In this document: one piece after another, positions 49,246 through 60,161 of the stretch
Layout: every line of letters starts with the position of its first letter
Numbering within the stretch: the stretch's first letter is position 1
DNA from: Truepera sp.
GTDB lineage: Bacteria; Deinococcota; Deinococci; Deinococcales; Trueperaceae
DNA: 64,000 bases
NCBI GenBank assembly: GCA_965218435.1
Contig: CBDCKW010000009.1
Coordinates: 3,680,001-3,744,000, forward strand
Direction of reading: 5' to 3'
Notes under the pieces: generated by a model
Told to the model about the DNA's origin: nothing
Databases searched by the model: none
Seen by the model: the letters and a program-made list of their open reading frames with translations, nothing else
Position numbers and translations under genes: made by a program

Positions 49246-50319
49246 ATGAAGCGCGTCGAAAACCTCAACGTTTCCCGGATTGAACCGCTGAGTCCGCCCG
49301 AGATGCTTAAAAAGGCGCTGCCTGCGTCCGAACGGGTCAATCAGACCGTGGCTGCGGGCCGCGCGGCGATTCGCCGGGTTTTGCATAAAGAAGACCCTCG
49401 GCTGCTGGTGATCGCGGGGCCTTGTTCGGTCCATGACGCGGGGTTGGCACTCGAGTACGCCCGCCGCCTAGCCACGCTTCAAGCACGTTTTCAGGACCGC
49501 CTTCTGATCGTCATGCGCGTCTACTTCGACAAACCGCGGACCACGGTCGGCTGGCGCGGGTTTATGAACGACCCGGAGATTGACGGCTCAAACAACTTGG
49601 AAACCGGCCTCAAAAAAACGCGTGAGCTGCTCTTACAAGTTAACGAACTCGGCCTGCCGGTCGCCACGGAGATTTTAGACCCGTTTATCCCACAGTATCT
49701 CTCCGACTTGTTGGCGTGGGGAGCCATCGGCGCACGTACAACCGAATCGCAGACGCACCGGGCGATGGTCAGCGGCTTATCCGTGCCAGTCGGCTTCAAA
49801 AACAGCACCGAAGGCAACATTCAGCTCGCAGTGGACGCGGTAGCCTCTTCGGGTCAGCCGCACACCTTTCTAGGCATTGATCAGGCCGGGCAAGCCGCCG
49901 TAGTCTATACCAAGGGTAACCCCGACTGTCACGTGATCTTGCGCGGGGGCCGCGCCGGACCGAACTACGCCGCGCCTTTTGCTGCTGAAGCCGGGGAGAA
50001 GCTCCGTAAAGCCGGACTCAACCCGGCCCTGATTGTAGACTGCAGCCACCACAACTCCGGCTACGACTTCCGCGAACAGGCGACCGTTTGGGAGAGCGTG
50101 CTAGAACAGCGCGCCGCCGGAAACCGTGATCTGGTGGGAATGATGCTCGAGAGCAACCTCTCAGAAGGTAAACAGGCGATTCCGGCTGACCTCAAAGACT
50201 TGCAGGTCGGCGTCTCGCTGACCGACTCGTGCGTCGGCTGGGAGGCAACCGAAAAGCTCTTACAAGAAGGCTACGATACGCTGCAAAACGCTCCTGAAAC
50301 GGTGTCGGTTGGCCGTTGA
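49246..50319 (+). CDS. aroG: 3-deoxy-7-phosphoheptulonate (DAHP) synthase, type I-alpha
   Basis: GPCSVHD, RVYFDKPRTTVGW, IGARTTESQTHR, DCSH and TDSCVGW. Confidence 0.93.
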   Translation: MKRVENLNVSRIEPLSPPEMLKKALPASERVNQTVAAGRAAIRRVLHKEDPRLLVIAGPCSVHDAGLALEYARRLATLQARFQDRLLIVMRVYFDKPRTTVGWRGFMNDPEIDGSNNLETGLKKTRELLLQVNELGLPVATEILDPFIPQYLSDLLAWGAIGARTTESQTHRAMVSGLSVPVGFKNSTEGNIQLAVDAVASSGQPHTFLGIDQAGQAAVVYTKGNPDCHVILRGGRAGPNYAAPFAAEAGEKLRKAGLNPALIVDCSHHNSGYDFREQATVWESVLEQRAAGNRDLVGMMLESNLSEGKQAIPADLKDLQVGVSLTDSCVGWEATEKLLQEGYDTLQNAPETVSVGR

Positions 50320-50543
50320 CCTGCCCTGGTTGACCTGCTCTACTTGACCTACAGATATGAGTTCGTTCATACAGCGCTGCTCAACCGCTTCGCTTGGGCG
50401 TATTACCGGTGACCGAAACTTGTGCCACATGTCCACGGCTCAGGCTGCTCGAGGCCGTGGACGTCTTTATCAGCTTAAAAAGTACCGCAGTGCCCTCGCT
50501 TCACAGTAACTTTCGGGGTAGCCTAAACCTCTAAAGGTGCTTT

Positions 50544-51056
50544 ATGACAAATGATTCCCCCAACTTCTCTCAATTTCGCTCGGGCACACCGTTGCTGCTT
50601 CCCGGCGGTGGACAGGTTGCTTACACCGAACTCAGCAAAAGTGGTTTAGCAGACCACTACCTCCGTATCGTTCACGACCTAGCCGGACACGGAAAACTGA
50701 CGCGTGAGCAGATCGAGAGTTTGGTAACTCGCTCAGCGTCGAGCGACCGGCGCAAACAGCAGGCGGTTAAAGTTGAACTCGAGGCCCTTCGCCCCCCGCC
50801 CGCCCGGACGCCCACGCCCCCACCGCCGAAACCCGGTGCACGCAGGAGCACCAAACCTGAAAGGGTCTTTGAACTCGTCTCTTCGGGCGACCACAAACAG
50901 GCGCTCAAACTTGCACAGAGCTACGGGCTGCGGCCCGTCCAGATACCGAAAAGCGCGCTGCGTCCGGGACAATCGCTCGACGCGCACACGGTGCGGGCAA
51001 CCGAAGCCGTAGCGAGCAAGCTGATTACGAGCGGGTGGTGGAAGACCGTTAAATAG
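50544..51056 (+). CDS. Hypothetical protein with Pro-rich linker
   Basis: 170-aa ORF with host-like codon use. No family recognised. Confidence 0.55.
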   Translation: MTNDSPNFSQFRSGTPLLLPGGGQVAYTELSKSGLADHYLRIVHDLAGHGKLTREQIESLVTRSASSDRRKQQAVKVELEALRPPPARTPTPPPPKPGARRSTKPERVFELVSSGDHKQALKLAQSYGLRPVQIPKSALRPGQSLDAHTVRATEAVASKLITSGWWKTVK

Positions 51057-51145
51057 GTCAGGCCATAGACTTTATGCACCCCATTAGGGCTTCATACCTT
51101 GGAGAACAGGTGTTGCTACGACATAGGGGATGATAACGTCTGTTT

Positions 51146-51661
51146 ATGTCAGATTCAATAATCAACTACTGGGACTATATAAGGAAGCTGAAGCGAGATT
51201 ATCGCCTCGACACGACCCAGCTCTTTGCGAGCGCAGACATTTTCCAGCAAGCTATCCGCGACCTCGCAGAGCCGTTCCGAGAGAAAGGGGTAACAAAGGT
51301 CGTGGCGCTTGACGCGCTAGGCTTCACACTTGGTGGAGGCGTCGCTTATGTTCTAGGCGCTGGGCTTGTGCATATCCGTAAGGAGGGCAAGGTGTCGTGG
51401 GACGTTGAAACGTATGCGTTCCGTGACTACAGCCGAACAGATAAGACGTTCGAGATAGCTAGTGACGCGGTACAAGCGGGTGATAATGCTTTGATTGTAG
51501 ACGACTGGTCCGAAACAGGCGCACAGCTCAAGGCCGCGTTTCACTTGGTCGAGCGTTTGCAGGGCCGAGCTGTTGGCGCTGCTCTCTTGCATATAGATGA
51601 ACCTGTACGGCGCGACCCATTGTTGTCTGGTTACACCCTCCACCACTTGTTCGATTACTGA
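51146..51661 (+). CDS. Type I phosphoribosyltransferase (APRT-like)
   Basis: IRKEGK loop and PRPP motif LIVDDWSETGAQ. Confidence 0.8.
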   Translation: MSDSIINYWDYIRKLKRDYRLDTTQLFASADIFQQAIRDLAEPFREKGVTKVVALDALGFTLGGGVAYVLGAGLVHIRKEGKVSWDVETYAFRDYSRTDKTFEIASDAVQAGDNALIVDDWSETGAQLKAAFHLVERLQGRAVGAALLHIDEPVRRDPLLSGYTLHHLFDY

Positions 51662-51824
51662 TAACGCCCCTAAACCAGTTATGCAGAACTTTTCCTATTT
51701 TGGAGGTGGGTACTACTCAAGCACCAACTACTAAATTTCACCCATTTACTACGCCCCTAGCCGCTGCGCCTCCGTCGCAAAAAATCAGTAGGTAGTGTTT
51801 CCGACTCGAGCAAACCTTTAGCCC

Positions 51825-53792
51825 TCACTTTGTCTCTAGCGCCTCGGTCAAGTTGGGGATTTGTTCAGCGCCGGTCAGCACCTCGAGGCTCGAGCCCTCA
51901 AAATCATCCCCTATAGGTTCGGCGCGGCCCCCCAGATGCTCGGCCAAAAATGCCTCGGCCACAGCGGTAAACGACAGAGTGTTGGCAGGACGCGCAAACC
52001 CGTGCCCCTCATCGGGATAGAGCACATAGGTTACCGGAATCTCTTTTTCTTGCAGTGCCGCGACGATTTGGTCGGACTCGGCCCTTTTAACCCGTGGGTC
52101 GTTCGCGCCCTGCGCGATCAGCAGCGGGCTGACAATGTTTCCGGCGTGAGTCAGCGGCGAGCGTTCAATAAGGAGTGCTTTACCCGCTTCCGTGCTCGGG
52201 TCACCCATCCGTTTGGAAAAGGTTGACAGCAGCGGTTTCCAGTAGGGCGGAACCGATTCGACTAGCGTCATCAGGTTGGACGGCCCGACGATATCTACAC
52301 CGGCGGCGTAGACTTCCGGGGTAAAGGTCAGCCCTGCCAGCGTCGCGTAGCCGCCGTAAGAGCCGCCCATAATCGCCACTTTGTCCCTTTGGGCAATGCC
52401 TTCAGAGATGGCCCAGTGAACGGCGTCGGTCAGGTCGTGTTGCATCGCGCCGCCCCACTCGAGGTTACCCGCGTTGATAAATCCTTTGCCGAACCCCGTC
52501 GAGCCCCGAAAGTTGACCGACAACACCGCGTACCCTCGGTTCGCCAGCCACTGATGGTAGGGCTGAAAGCCCCGGCGGTCACGCGCCCAAGGGCCGCCGT
52601 GAACAAACAAAACCAGCGGAAGTGGCGCGTCCGGGCGAGTATCGCCGTCTTTACTCGTACCGACCGGCAGCGTGAGGTAGCTGACCAGCTCGAGGCCGTC
52701 CCTGGCCCTGATCACCACCGGGTGCATCTGGGCTAGAGGCGCATCCTCTAAAGCGGGGCGGTCCGTAAAGAGAAACGTCGCCTCGCCTGCGTTTCGGTCG
52801 TACAAGTAGTAGGTCGTAGGCCCGTCCGCGAGCGTGTAAGCGACCAGCCAGGTGCGGTCGTCTAAAGTGCGGCTGACGACGCTGAGGTCGCCGCCTGTCA
52901 CGGTGCGCAGGTACTCGAGGTCACTGGCAATGCTCTCGTCTAAAACCGTCCAGCTGACCCGTTCGTATTCACTGGCAACAGCTTGCAGGGTCTTTTCAGT
53001 CGGGTGAATAAGCGCGTCGCTCACGTCTGCACGGGGGTCTACAAACAGCATGTCTGACTCGCCGGTAGCTAAATTGACCTTCACTGCCGCCGCCGTATCG
53101 CGCCCGCGACTGTCCATCATATAGACATAGGTGCCGGACTTGTCTAACCCAATCGGCTGCGTCGTAAGGCTGTCCTCCAAGCTGGCGGTGATAAGAAGTT
53201 CCCAGCCCTCCTCGGTTCGCTGCAAGATTTCGGACTCGCCGTCCGCCGTCGCACGGTTGCCGAGGTGGAGCTGATAATCGTCGTCCGTCATGTAACCAAT
53301 CAGGTTGTCGGTATTCTCGTAAACTAAGGTGCGCTCACCGCTCCCGATGTTGATACGGTAGAGGTCGAATACTTCGGGGTTACGGGCGTTGAGGCCGACC
53401 AAAACTTCGTTGGGTAACTTCGGACTCAGCTTCTGTATTTGCGCGTTGACCCCCTCAACCGGGGTGAGGTCTTGGGTATCACCCGAAGCCAGATTCACTC
53501 GGTACACGTGCCAGTTCTCATCGCCACCTTTATCTTGCTGGTAAAGAACCGCGTCGCCCGTGTACGCCCAAGCGTAGTTGCGGATACCTCTTTCGGTGTC
53601 GTTCGTCACCGGTTCGGCGGCCTCCGGCTGATCCACGGGACCGACCCAAACGTTGAGCACGCCGCCACTGGGCGCGAGGTAGCTGAGTTGGGTGCCGTCA
53701 GGACTCAGACGGGCCTGCGTTTTTTCGGGATTGCCGAAGAGGAGGTCCCTGGGAATCAACTTGGTGGTGTTACCGGAAGATGTCATTGTCAC
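51825..53792 (-). CDS. S9 family peptidase
   Basis: VHGGPW, GGSYGG, GANDPRV and DEGHGF. Confidence 0.93.
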   Translation of the reverse strand: MTMTSSGNTTKLIPRDLLFGNPEKTQARLSPDGTQLSYLAPSGGVLNVWVGPVDQPEAAEPVTNDTERGIRNYAWAYTGDAVLYQQDKGGDENWHVYRVNLASGDTQDLTPVEGVNAQIQKLSPKLPNEVLVGLNARNPEVFDLYRINIGSGERTLVYENTDNLIGYMTDDDYQLHLGNRATADGESEILQRTEEGWELLITASLEDSLTTQPIGLDKSGTYVYMMDSRGRDTAAAVKVNLATGESDMLFVDPRADVSDALIHPTEKTLQAVASEYERVSWTVLDESIASDLEYLRTVTGGDLSVVSRTLDDRTWLVAYTLADGPTTYYLYDRNAGEATFLFTDRPALEDAPLAQMHPVVIRARDGLELVSYLTLPVGTSKDGDTRPDAPLPLVLFVHGGPWARDRRGFQPYHQWLANRGYAVLSVNFRGSTGFGKGFINAGNLEWGGAMQHDLTDAVHWAISEGIAQRDKVAIMGGSYGGYATLAGLTFTPEVYAAGVDIVGPSNLMTLVESVPPYWKPLLSTFSKRMGDPSTEAGKALLIERSPLTHAGNIVSPLLIAQGANDPRVKRAESDQIVAALQEKEIPVTYVLYPDEGHGFARPANTLSFTAVAEAFLAEHLGGRAEPIGDDFEGSSLEVLTGAEQIPNLTEALETK

Positions 53793-54033
53793 CTTACCTT
53801 TCGTCTGCTTTTGCGTATATCTAAGATTCTGACTTGACGTGTAACAACCCTGGGGTAGGTTGCTCGAGCGGTTGCGTCATTCTAGGCTGAAAGTAATCCA
53901 GGAGTTTATAGGCCATCTGATAGTTGACCTCGATATGTACATCTCCTGTTCTTGCTACCGAAACCAGCGTATATAGCAAACAGGTTTAAGTTATACCCAC
54001 TTGCAAGGGAACGCTGTGTATTAATCTATTTGT

Positions 54034-54423
54034 ATGAGTGAGCCTGTTTTAAGATGGAAATTAAATGATCTGCTCGAGGGTGCGAACGTAAGCGTCTACG
54101 CCCTTAATCAGCAGTTGGTCGCGGCGGGGCGCGGTGTTTCTAGAAACACACTCTACCGCCTTGCTAGCGAACAACCTGAACGTATTGACCTCGAGGTCGC
54201 AGGCCGGGTGCTCTGGGGCCTCGAGCAACTTACCGGCAACCATTACACTGTGACGGATTTACTCGAGTACGAACCCGGAGCAGCGGACGATGACCGGGCC
54301 TGGTTGGACGCCGACCTCTCGCGCCTGGGCGAATACCAGCCCTACGACTGGGGCGAGGGAGAAGCCGACGAGGGAGAAACCTTAAGCTTTGTGCCCGGTC
54401 AAGGTTTGGTCATCGGTGAGTAG
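54034..54423 (+). CDS. Cro/C1-type HTH protein with acidic tail, probable antitoxin
   Basis: HTH GVSRNTLYRL, acidic C-terminus, overlaps the toxin start. Confidence 0.65.
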   Translation: MSEPVLRWKLNDLLEGANVSVYALNQQLVAAGRGVSRNTLYRLASEQPERIDLEVAGRVLWGLEQLTGNHYTVTDLLEYEPGAADDDRAWLDADLSRLGEYQPYDWGEGEADEGETLSFVPGQGLVIGE

Positions 54424-54706
54424 CCAAGGTGTGCTCAGCATCGGCGACATAGTAACAGCGGCCATCCCCGAGAGGGTCCCATCAGGTCACGAGCAGGAGG
54501 GCTTGCGGCCTGCGGTGGTCGTGCCGGAACTGCTGGGCCGACCTCGTTTTGATATGGTGCTGGTGGCACCGCTCACCACCGACCGACAAGAGAGCTGGAG
54601 CCGTTCTCCGCTTTAACCTCGTTTGAAGGCGGGTACAGGCGGGTTGCCAAAAGACTCGGTTGTATTACTCGAGCAGACTAGAGCACTCGACATTCTCTCA
54701 AAGTAA
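54416..54706 (+). pseudogene. PemK/MazF family toxin, inactivated
   Basis: GDIV..GHEQEGLRPAVVV..VAPLTT. TAA at 54614-54616, then PRLKAGTGGLPKDSVVLLEQTRALD, truncated. Confidence 0.82.
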
Positions 54707-54810
54707 ACGCCTAGACATTTATCTAAAAAATCTCCACAAGTTAAATTTTCTTCAGCTTCCGCATAGCTTTACCGTTACCCTAAAGGTACATTTAACTATG
54801 AAGGAGATTT

Positions 54811-55203
54811 ATGATAATTGCCCGCTTTAGAGTTATAGCCTTAGTGTTTCTTGCAGTAGCACTAACTTCATGCAACCTCGCTTCAGCTCCGAAGATTGAT
54901 GCCACCGGCTTTTGGTCGGGTACTGGAACTTCTACTAATGGTGTAACTCAACCGATAACATTTAGTCTAACTGAATCTGAAGCGCAGGGAGATGTACCGG
55001 TGTATGGCACACTGACAGTTAACAACATACCTCTTAATGTCAGTGGTAAACGCAGAGAAAACAGACTTGCGTTGACTTACACTGATGCATCAAGTGTCGT
55101 TTTAGTCGCAGCCACAATAGATGGTGACAGCATGTCGGGCGAGCTGAACATTCTCACTGGTGGAGTAGCCGACGCCAAGGCTACGTTTACGGTCACAAGA
55201 TAA
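54811..55203 (+). CDS. Hypothetical lipoprotein
   Basis: Lipobox LTSC, beta-rich body, AAGGAG RBS, AT-richer than its flanks. Confidence 0.7.
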   Translation: MIIARFRVIALVFLAVALTSCNLASAPKIDATGFWSGTGTSTNGVTQPITFSLTESEAQGDVPVYGTLTVNNIPLNVSGKRRENRLALTYTDASSVVLVAATIDGDSMSGELNILTGGVADAKATFTVTR

Positions 55204-55291
55204 TAGCTCTAGGCTGTTCCTGTCTTTCTGAGTGACATAAACTCACAACCTTATCTATTGAACGTAGACTGTCAGTCAAATCTTGGTTCGG

Positions 55292-56716
55292 TTACTGCAT
55301 ACCTAAACGCTTCGCCTCCGCCGCAAAAAAGCGGTAGGTGGTGTTGTCAGGCTCGAGCCCCAACGCCTTGCCATACGCCGCTGCCGCCTCACCGTAACTT
55401 CCCGACTCAAAGGCCAAGCGCCCGAGCCAACCCCACGCGTCGGCGTAGTTAGGGGCCTCTTTCGTGGCCGTTTCAAACGCCTGCCGTGCAGCCTCTAAGT
55501 CAGCCTCTTCATACGCCCGAACGCCCGCATCAAACGCCCGAGTCGCACCCTCACTGATGGCCTGCTGAGAGCGGGCGGTCTCGAGAAAATACTGCGCTCT
55601 CTTATCGTCCGGGTTGAGCGACACAACGCGCTCCCAGTACGGCACAGCCCGCGCCGCTTGGCCCGATTCTTGCAGGCTGCGGGCGGCCCAGCTCGCGGCG
55701 GCTGGATACTCCGGGTTGGCGTCGCTCGCTTTGGTAAACCGCTCGGCTGCGTCTCGCACCTCGCCCCGGTTATAGAGGTCTTGTCCGGCGTAAAACGCCC
55801 GCCCCGCCGCTGCGCCCCAGGTTTCTTGCGCCTCGGCCAGCGTCAGGTAATAGGTGACCGTCTGGTCATCTGGTTTGCGTTCTAACAGGGCTTGCCAAAA
55901 TCGCTTGGCGACGCGGGGACGGCCCAGCTCGAGCGCCACTCGTCCGGCCCAAGTTGCCGCCTCTTCAAAGTCGGGATTGACGTCGGCGGCGCGGGTAAAG
56001 GCGTCTAACGCAGCGGCTTTTTGACCGGCGTTGTAGGCGGTCAGACCTTCGTTAAAGGCTCCCGTCGAATCGGCCCCGAATTTGAGCTGCTGTTGGCTCT
56101 GCGCCAGGTAGTAACGGGCAGTTTTGTCGCCGGGTTTAAGCGTCAGCACGCGCTGCCAGTACATCTCGGCTTTTTTAGACTCGCCCTGCTCGAGCGCAAT
56201 CCTTCCTAACCAGGTGAGCGCCTCGACGTTTCGGGGCTCGAGTTCACTGACCTTTTCAAAGACTTGGGCCGCGTCTGCTAAATTTCCGGCGGTGTAACGG
56301 GCGTACCCGAGTTCGCGGCCCGCCTCGCTGACGGCCTTAAGTGACGGGGCGTCAAGCTCGCCGCCCGCCGCCAGGTACGCGTTCCAAACATCCCAGGCGC
56401 GGCCGTTCCACGATAAGGTGCTGTAGATTTGGGCTAAAAACCGTAAACTGGTGAGATTTTCCGGGTCTGCGGCTCTTGCCGCCTCACCTAAGTCAACAGC
56501 CTCACGCCATAAGGGTTGGTCGGGGGTCGGGAGTGCGCCCTCGTTGCGGGCTTTTTCTGCTGCTGCCTGGGCCTGTGCCAAAAGCTGCGCAGCTGTCGGC
56601 GTTTTTGTCTGTTCGGTCGTTTGTTCTGTAGGCGTAGACGTAGGCGAAATCGGCGTCACGACAATCTGCGCCGAGGCTATCCCGGCCCACGCCAGACTTA
56701 GCAGTACCCATTTCAC
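55292..56716 (-). CDS. Exported tetratricopeptide repeat protein
   Basis: Signal peptide and repeated A..WLGR.ALE.G TPR units. Confidence 0.85.
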   Translation of the reverse strand: MKWVLLSLAWAGIASAQIVVTPISPTSTPTEQTTEQTKTPTAAQLLAQAQAAAEKARNEGALPTPDQPLWREAVDLGEAARAADPENLTSLRFLAQIYSTLSWNGRAWDVWNAYLAAGGELDAPSLKAVSEAGRELGYARYTAGNLADAAQVFEKVSELEPRNVEALTWLGRIALEQGESKKAEMYWQRVLTLKPGDKTARYYLAQSQQQLKFGADSTGAFNEGLTAYNAGQKAAALDAFTRAADVNPDFEEAATWAGRVALELGRPRVAKRFWQALLERKPDDQTVTYYLTLAEAQETWGAAAGRAFYAGQDLYNRGEVRDAAERFTKASDANPEYPAAASWAARSLQESGQAARAVPYWERVVSLNPDDKRAQYFLETARSQQAISEGATRAFDAGVRAYEEADLEAARQAFETATKEAPNYADAWGWLGRLAFESGSYGEAAAAYGKALGLEPDNTTYRFFAAEAKRLGMQ

Positions 56717-56790
56717 CCCTTTAGTCTACTGTCCCAACCTGAGCGTAGGGCTAACGCAGCGCACGGCTCCGGGCTGCTACACTGAGCCCT

Positions 56791-58104
56791 ATGTTTGAGA
56801 GTCTAGGAGACAGATTACAAGGAGTTTTTGACGGTCTGCGCGGGCGCGGCCGCCTGACCGAAGCCGAGGTCAAAACGGCGCTGCGCGAGGTGCGGGTCGC
56901 GCTGTTAGAAGCCGACGTCAATTTAGAAGTTGCCAGAGAGTTCACTAAACGTGTGCAGGAAAAAGCGATCGGTTCCGATACGCTGTTGTCGCTCCAACCC
57001 GACCAACGTGTGGTTTCTATCGTTCACGACGAACTCGTAGAGATTTTGGGCGGCAAGGCCGCGCAACCGAGTCTCAAAAATGAAGCGAACGTCTGGATGC
57101 TTTTAGGGCTTCAGGGCGCAGGGAAAACGACCACCGCGGGCAAGCTCGCGTATAAGTACAAAGCGCAGGGGAGGCGGCCTCTACTCGTCGCGGCCGACAC
57201 GCAGCGCCCCGCCGCTAGGGAACAGCTCCGGGTTTTGGGCAATCAAATCGGTGTGCCGGTGTTAGAAGTTGAGGACGATGAAACGCCGGAGCGTACCAAA
57301 GCGCGGCTCCAAGAATACCTGCGGACGAACTTCCGCGATTTGGTCATTGTAGATACCGCCGGACGCCTCCAGATTGACGAAGCTTTAATGGACGCGGTGG
57401 CCGACCTCAAAGCGGCCGTTGAACCCAACGAGACGATGTTGGTGATTGACTCGATGACCGGGCAGCAGTCGTTGCCGGTCGCCCAAGCGTTCGACGCCCG
57501 CGTCGGGGTATCGGGTCTGATTATGACGAAGCTCGACGGGGACGCGCGCGGCGGCGCAGCCTTATCCGCCAAACACGTGACGGGTAAACCCATCTATTTT
57601 GCGGGGATGAGCGAGAAGATTGACGGCCTCGAGCCCTTCTATCCCGACCGCGTAGCAGGCCGCATCCTCGGCATGGGCGACGTCATGACGCTCATCGAAA
57701 AAGCCAAGGTCCTAGAGGGCGACGATGATGAAGTAGGTCCTGCCAGCCTCAAAGACTTTTCGCTCCAAGACATGCTCACCCAGATGCGCAAAATCAAACG
57801 GATGGGCTCGTTTGGCGACATCATGAAGATGATTCCGGGCGCGAGCAAGATGCTGCCGCCGGGCGCTGAAATTGACGAGGGCGAAATCGGGCGGATCGAG
57901 GCGATTATCTCCAGCATGACCGACAAAGAGCGCCGTCAACCCAAACTCTTAAACGCCAACCGCCGCAAACGCATCGCGGCCGGGTCCGGCACGACGGTGC
58001 AAGACGTGAACCGTTTGATGAAAAACTACGAGCAGATGAAAAAAATGATGAAACAGTTTGGCCGTCGGCCACCGAAGATGCCGGGGCGGAGCTTGGGGCG
58101 GTAG
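56791..58104 (+). CDS. ffh: Signal recognition particle protein
   Basis: [24 protein letters not shown] and Met-rich M domain. Confidence 0.97.
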   Translation: MFESLGDRLQGVFDGLRGRGRLTEAEVKTALREVRVALLEADVNLEVAREFTKRVQEKAIGSDTLLSLQPDQRVVSIVHDELVEILGGKAAQPSLKNEANVWMLLGLQGAGKTTTAGKLAYKYKAQGRRPLLVAADTQRPAAREQLRVLGNQIGVPVLEVEDDETPERTKARLQEYLRTNFRDLVIVDTAGRLQIDEALMDAVADLKAAVEPNETMLVIDSMTGQQSLPVAQAFDARVGVSGLIMTKLDGDARGGAALSAKHVTGKPIYFAGMSEKIDGLEPFYPDRVAGRILGMGDVMTLIEKAKVLEGDDDEVGPASLKDFSLQDMLTQMRKIKRMGSFGDIMKMIPGASKMLPPGAEIDEGEIGRIEAIISSMTDKERRQPKLLNANRRKRIAAGSGTTVQDVNRLMKNYEQMKKMMKQFGRRPPKMPGRSLGR

Positions 58105-58147
58105 CGGGCTACCACGTTTTTCGGCTGATTTAGAACCAAGGATAACG

Positions 58148-58834
58148 ATGCGTGATGTCATCATCGGCAAGGGTAAATTGGCAGGCAAAGGCATTTATGC
58201 GGCTCGTGATTTTGACAAGTGTGAATTGGTCGTTCCATACAACCTGACCGAGCTAAGCCAAGCCGAATTTGATGCCCTACCCTATAGTGAACGTGAGTGG
58301 ACACACTCTTTTTGGGGTAAGATTTACCTTTTTCCTGAACCGGCCAGGTACGTGAACCATGATGACGACCCGAGTACCTACCCAGACCTGGATAGAACGG
58401 GCAATTTTGCTCTACGCTCTATCAAATCAGGGGAGGCTATCACCATTGATGACACGGTTGAACTGCGAAACGAGCTAAACACATTTTTGGAGGCTTACGA
58501 AAAAGCAGCGAATAGCAGAGATTTTGATAAGGTCGCCCCGTTCATCGCGGAAGGTGCGTCGTTCTGGTTCACGAACGGTTCTTATGAAGGCAGAAGGGAG
58601 ATCAGGAAAGCCTTTGAGGATAGCTGGTTGGGCGTTCGGGAGGAAACGTACACCACCACTGAGGTGACATGGGTTGTCGCCTCTTACTGGAATTCAGCCT
58701 GCACCTATACGTTTAGGTCAGAAGGCTTTGTTGAGGGTCGGCAGCAAAGTTCCAAGGGTCGCGGGACGAGCGTACTGCGACGGCTAGCGGGTAGCTGGCG
58801 AATTGTCCACGAGCATCTAAGCAAGGCGGTATGA
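58148..58834 (+). CDS. SET domain + SnoaL/NTF2-like fusion protein
   Basis: GKGIYAARD..RYVNHDDDP..ALRSIKSGEAITID, then an NTF2-like domain ending WRIVHEHLS. Confidence 0.75.
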   Translation: MRDVIIGKGKLAGKGIYAARDFDKCELVVPYNLTELSQAEFDALPYSEREWTHSFWGKIYLFPEPARYVNHDDDPSTYPDLDRTGNFALRSIKSGEAITIDDTVELRNELNTFLEAYEKAANSRDFDKVAPFIAEGASFWFTNGSYEGRREIRKAFEDSWLGVREETYTTTEVTWVVASYWNSACTYTFRSEGFVEGRQQSSKGRGTSVLRRLAGSWRIVHEHLSKAV

Positions 58835-59033
58835 ACCGCGAGCTATCCAGGTAACTGCAACACTTTCTTCTCTATTGCTTTTTACCTCCCGCACATGACT
58901 CGACCAGCTTCTCGCTTGACCTCGTTGCTCACAAAAACTAGCTTAACCGGCCTGAATCTGCTAGACTTGCAAGGTTGCCCGTTTGGGCTTAAGTATCTCG
59001 TTATAGTTGGGTTTAGAGCCTACGGAGGAACTC

Positions 59034-59348
59034 ATGGTTAAGATTCGCCTTATGCGCCTCGGCGCAAAGAAAAACCCCCATTACCGCGTGGTTGTCATTG
59101 ACGCCCGCAAACGCCGGAGCAGCGAGTACATCGAACTGCTCGGTCACTATGACCCGCGCGAAACCGTCGCCGAACCGCTTAAAATCAACGTCGAGCGGGC
59201 GCAGCACTGGTTGTCGCAGGGTGCGCAACCGACCGATACGGCTTTGAGGCTTTTGGAACGTGCTGGCGTCGCAGCCGGTGCTGTGCGCGTCAAGCAGGGC
59301 CGCGCCTATACTGCCCGCACCGAAGCGCGGGCTGCTCAAAGCGCCTAA
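59034..59348 (+). CDS. rpsP: 30S ribosomal protein S16
   Basis: [21 protein letters not shown] and GAQPTDT. Confidence 0.97.
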   Translation: MVKIRLMRLGAKKNPHYRVVVIDARKRRSSEYIELLGHYDPRETVAEPLKINVERAQHWLSQGAQPTDTALRLLERAGVAAGAVRVKQGRAYTARTEARAAQSA

Positions 59349-59362
59349 CTAGCTAACCGTTT

Positions 59363-59596
59363 ATGGTGGCCGAGCTTGTCGCGCTGATCGTGCAAAATCT
59401 GGTGTCTGAACCGGACAAGCTGACGGTTTCCTCGCGTGCTGAAGGGCGTAACCTGCTCGTTGAGATTCGCTGTGCGCCGGAAGATGCTGGACGTATTATC
59501 GGCCGCGGCGGGCGCACCATTAACAGTATCCGCACGTTGGCAAGGGCCGCTTCTGAAGGGCAAGAGCGTGTCGAAGTGCAACTGCTCAACGCTTAA
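59363..59596 (+). CDS. khpA: KH domain RNA-binding protein
   Basis: GRIIGRGGRTINSIR, located between rpsP and rimM. Confidence 0.9.
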   Translation: MVAELVALIVQNLVSEPDKLTVSSRAEGRNLLVEIRCAPEDAGRIIGRGGRTINSIRTLARAASEGQERVEVQLLNA

Positions 59597-59605
59597 GCAA
59601 CTTTG

Positions 59606-60133
59606 ATGGCAGCTTCAGATACAGTCCCAGACAATTACGTTCTGCTCGGTACGCTAGGCAGGACGTTTCAGTTGGAGGGTGGCCTGCGGTTTTACGCGCT
59701 CGGTGACGCAGAAGAGGCCGCGATTAAAGACCTTAAACGTGTCTTTTTAGAGGGCGTTGGTGAACTTGCTATCACCCGTGTGCGTCCGATCGGGGCACAA
59801 CTCATCCTCTACTTTGTTGGGACAACCAATCCGCAAACCGCGCAGCTGCTAGTTAACGCTGAAGTCTACGCCGCCAAAGATGCGCTCCCGGAAACGCCCG
59901 CGCACTACTTAGATTTGCTGCTCGAGCTCCCCGTCACCGTCAACGGTGAACCGCTCGGCGAAGTGGTAGACGTGATTCCGGCAGGCGGCGACATCGGTCA
60001 AGATGTGCTAGTTGTGGGGGCCGGTGAACGCGAAGTGCTAATCCCCTTGCAAGCTGATTATGTGAGCATTACCGAAGCCGGGGTGACGCTCATAAACCCG
60101 CCTGAAGGGTTGCTCGAGCTTAACGCCAACTGA
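59606..60133 (+). CDS. rimM: Ribosome maturation factor RimM
   Basis: PRC barrel LGEVVDV..QDVLVV..LIP..PPEGLL and synteny. Confidence 0.85.
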   Translation: MAASDTVPDNYVLLGTLGRTFQLEGGLRFYALGDAEEAAIKDLKRVFLEGVGELAITRVRPIGAQLILYFVGTTNPQTAQLLVNAEVYAAKDALPETPAHYLDLLLELPVTVNGEPLGEVVDVIPAGGDIGQDVLVVGAGEREVLIPLQADYVSITEAGVTLINPPEGLLELNAN

Positions 60134-60161
60134 GCACCTGAAGATAAATGCCCACAAAGCC

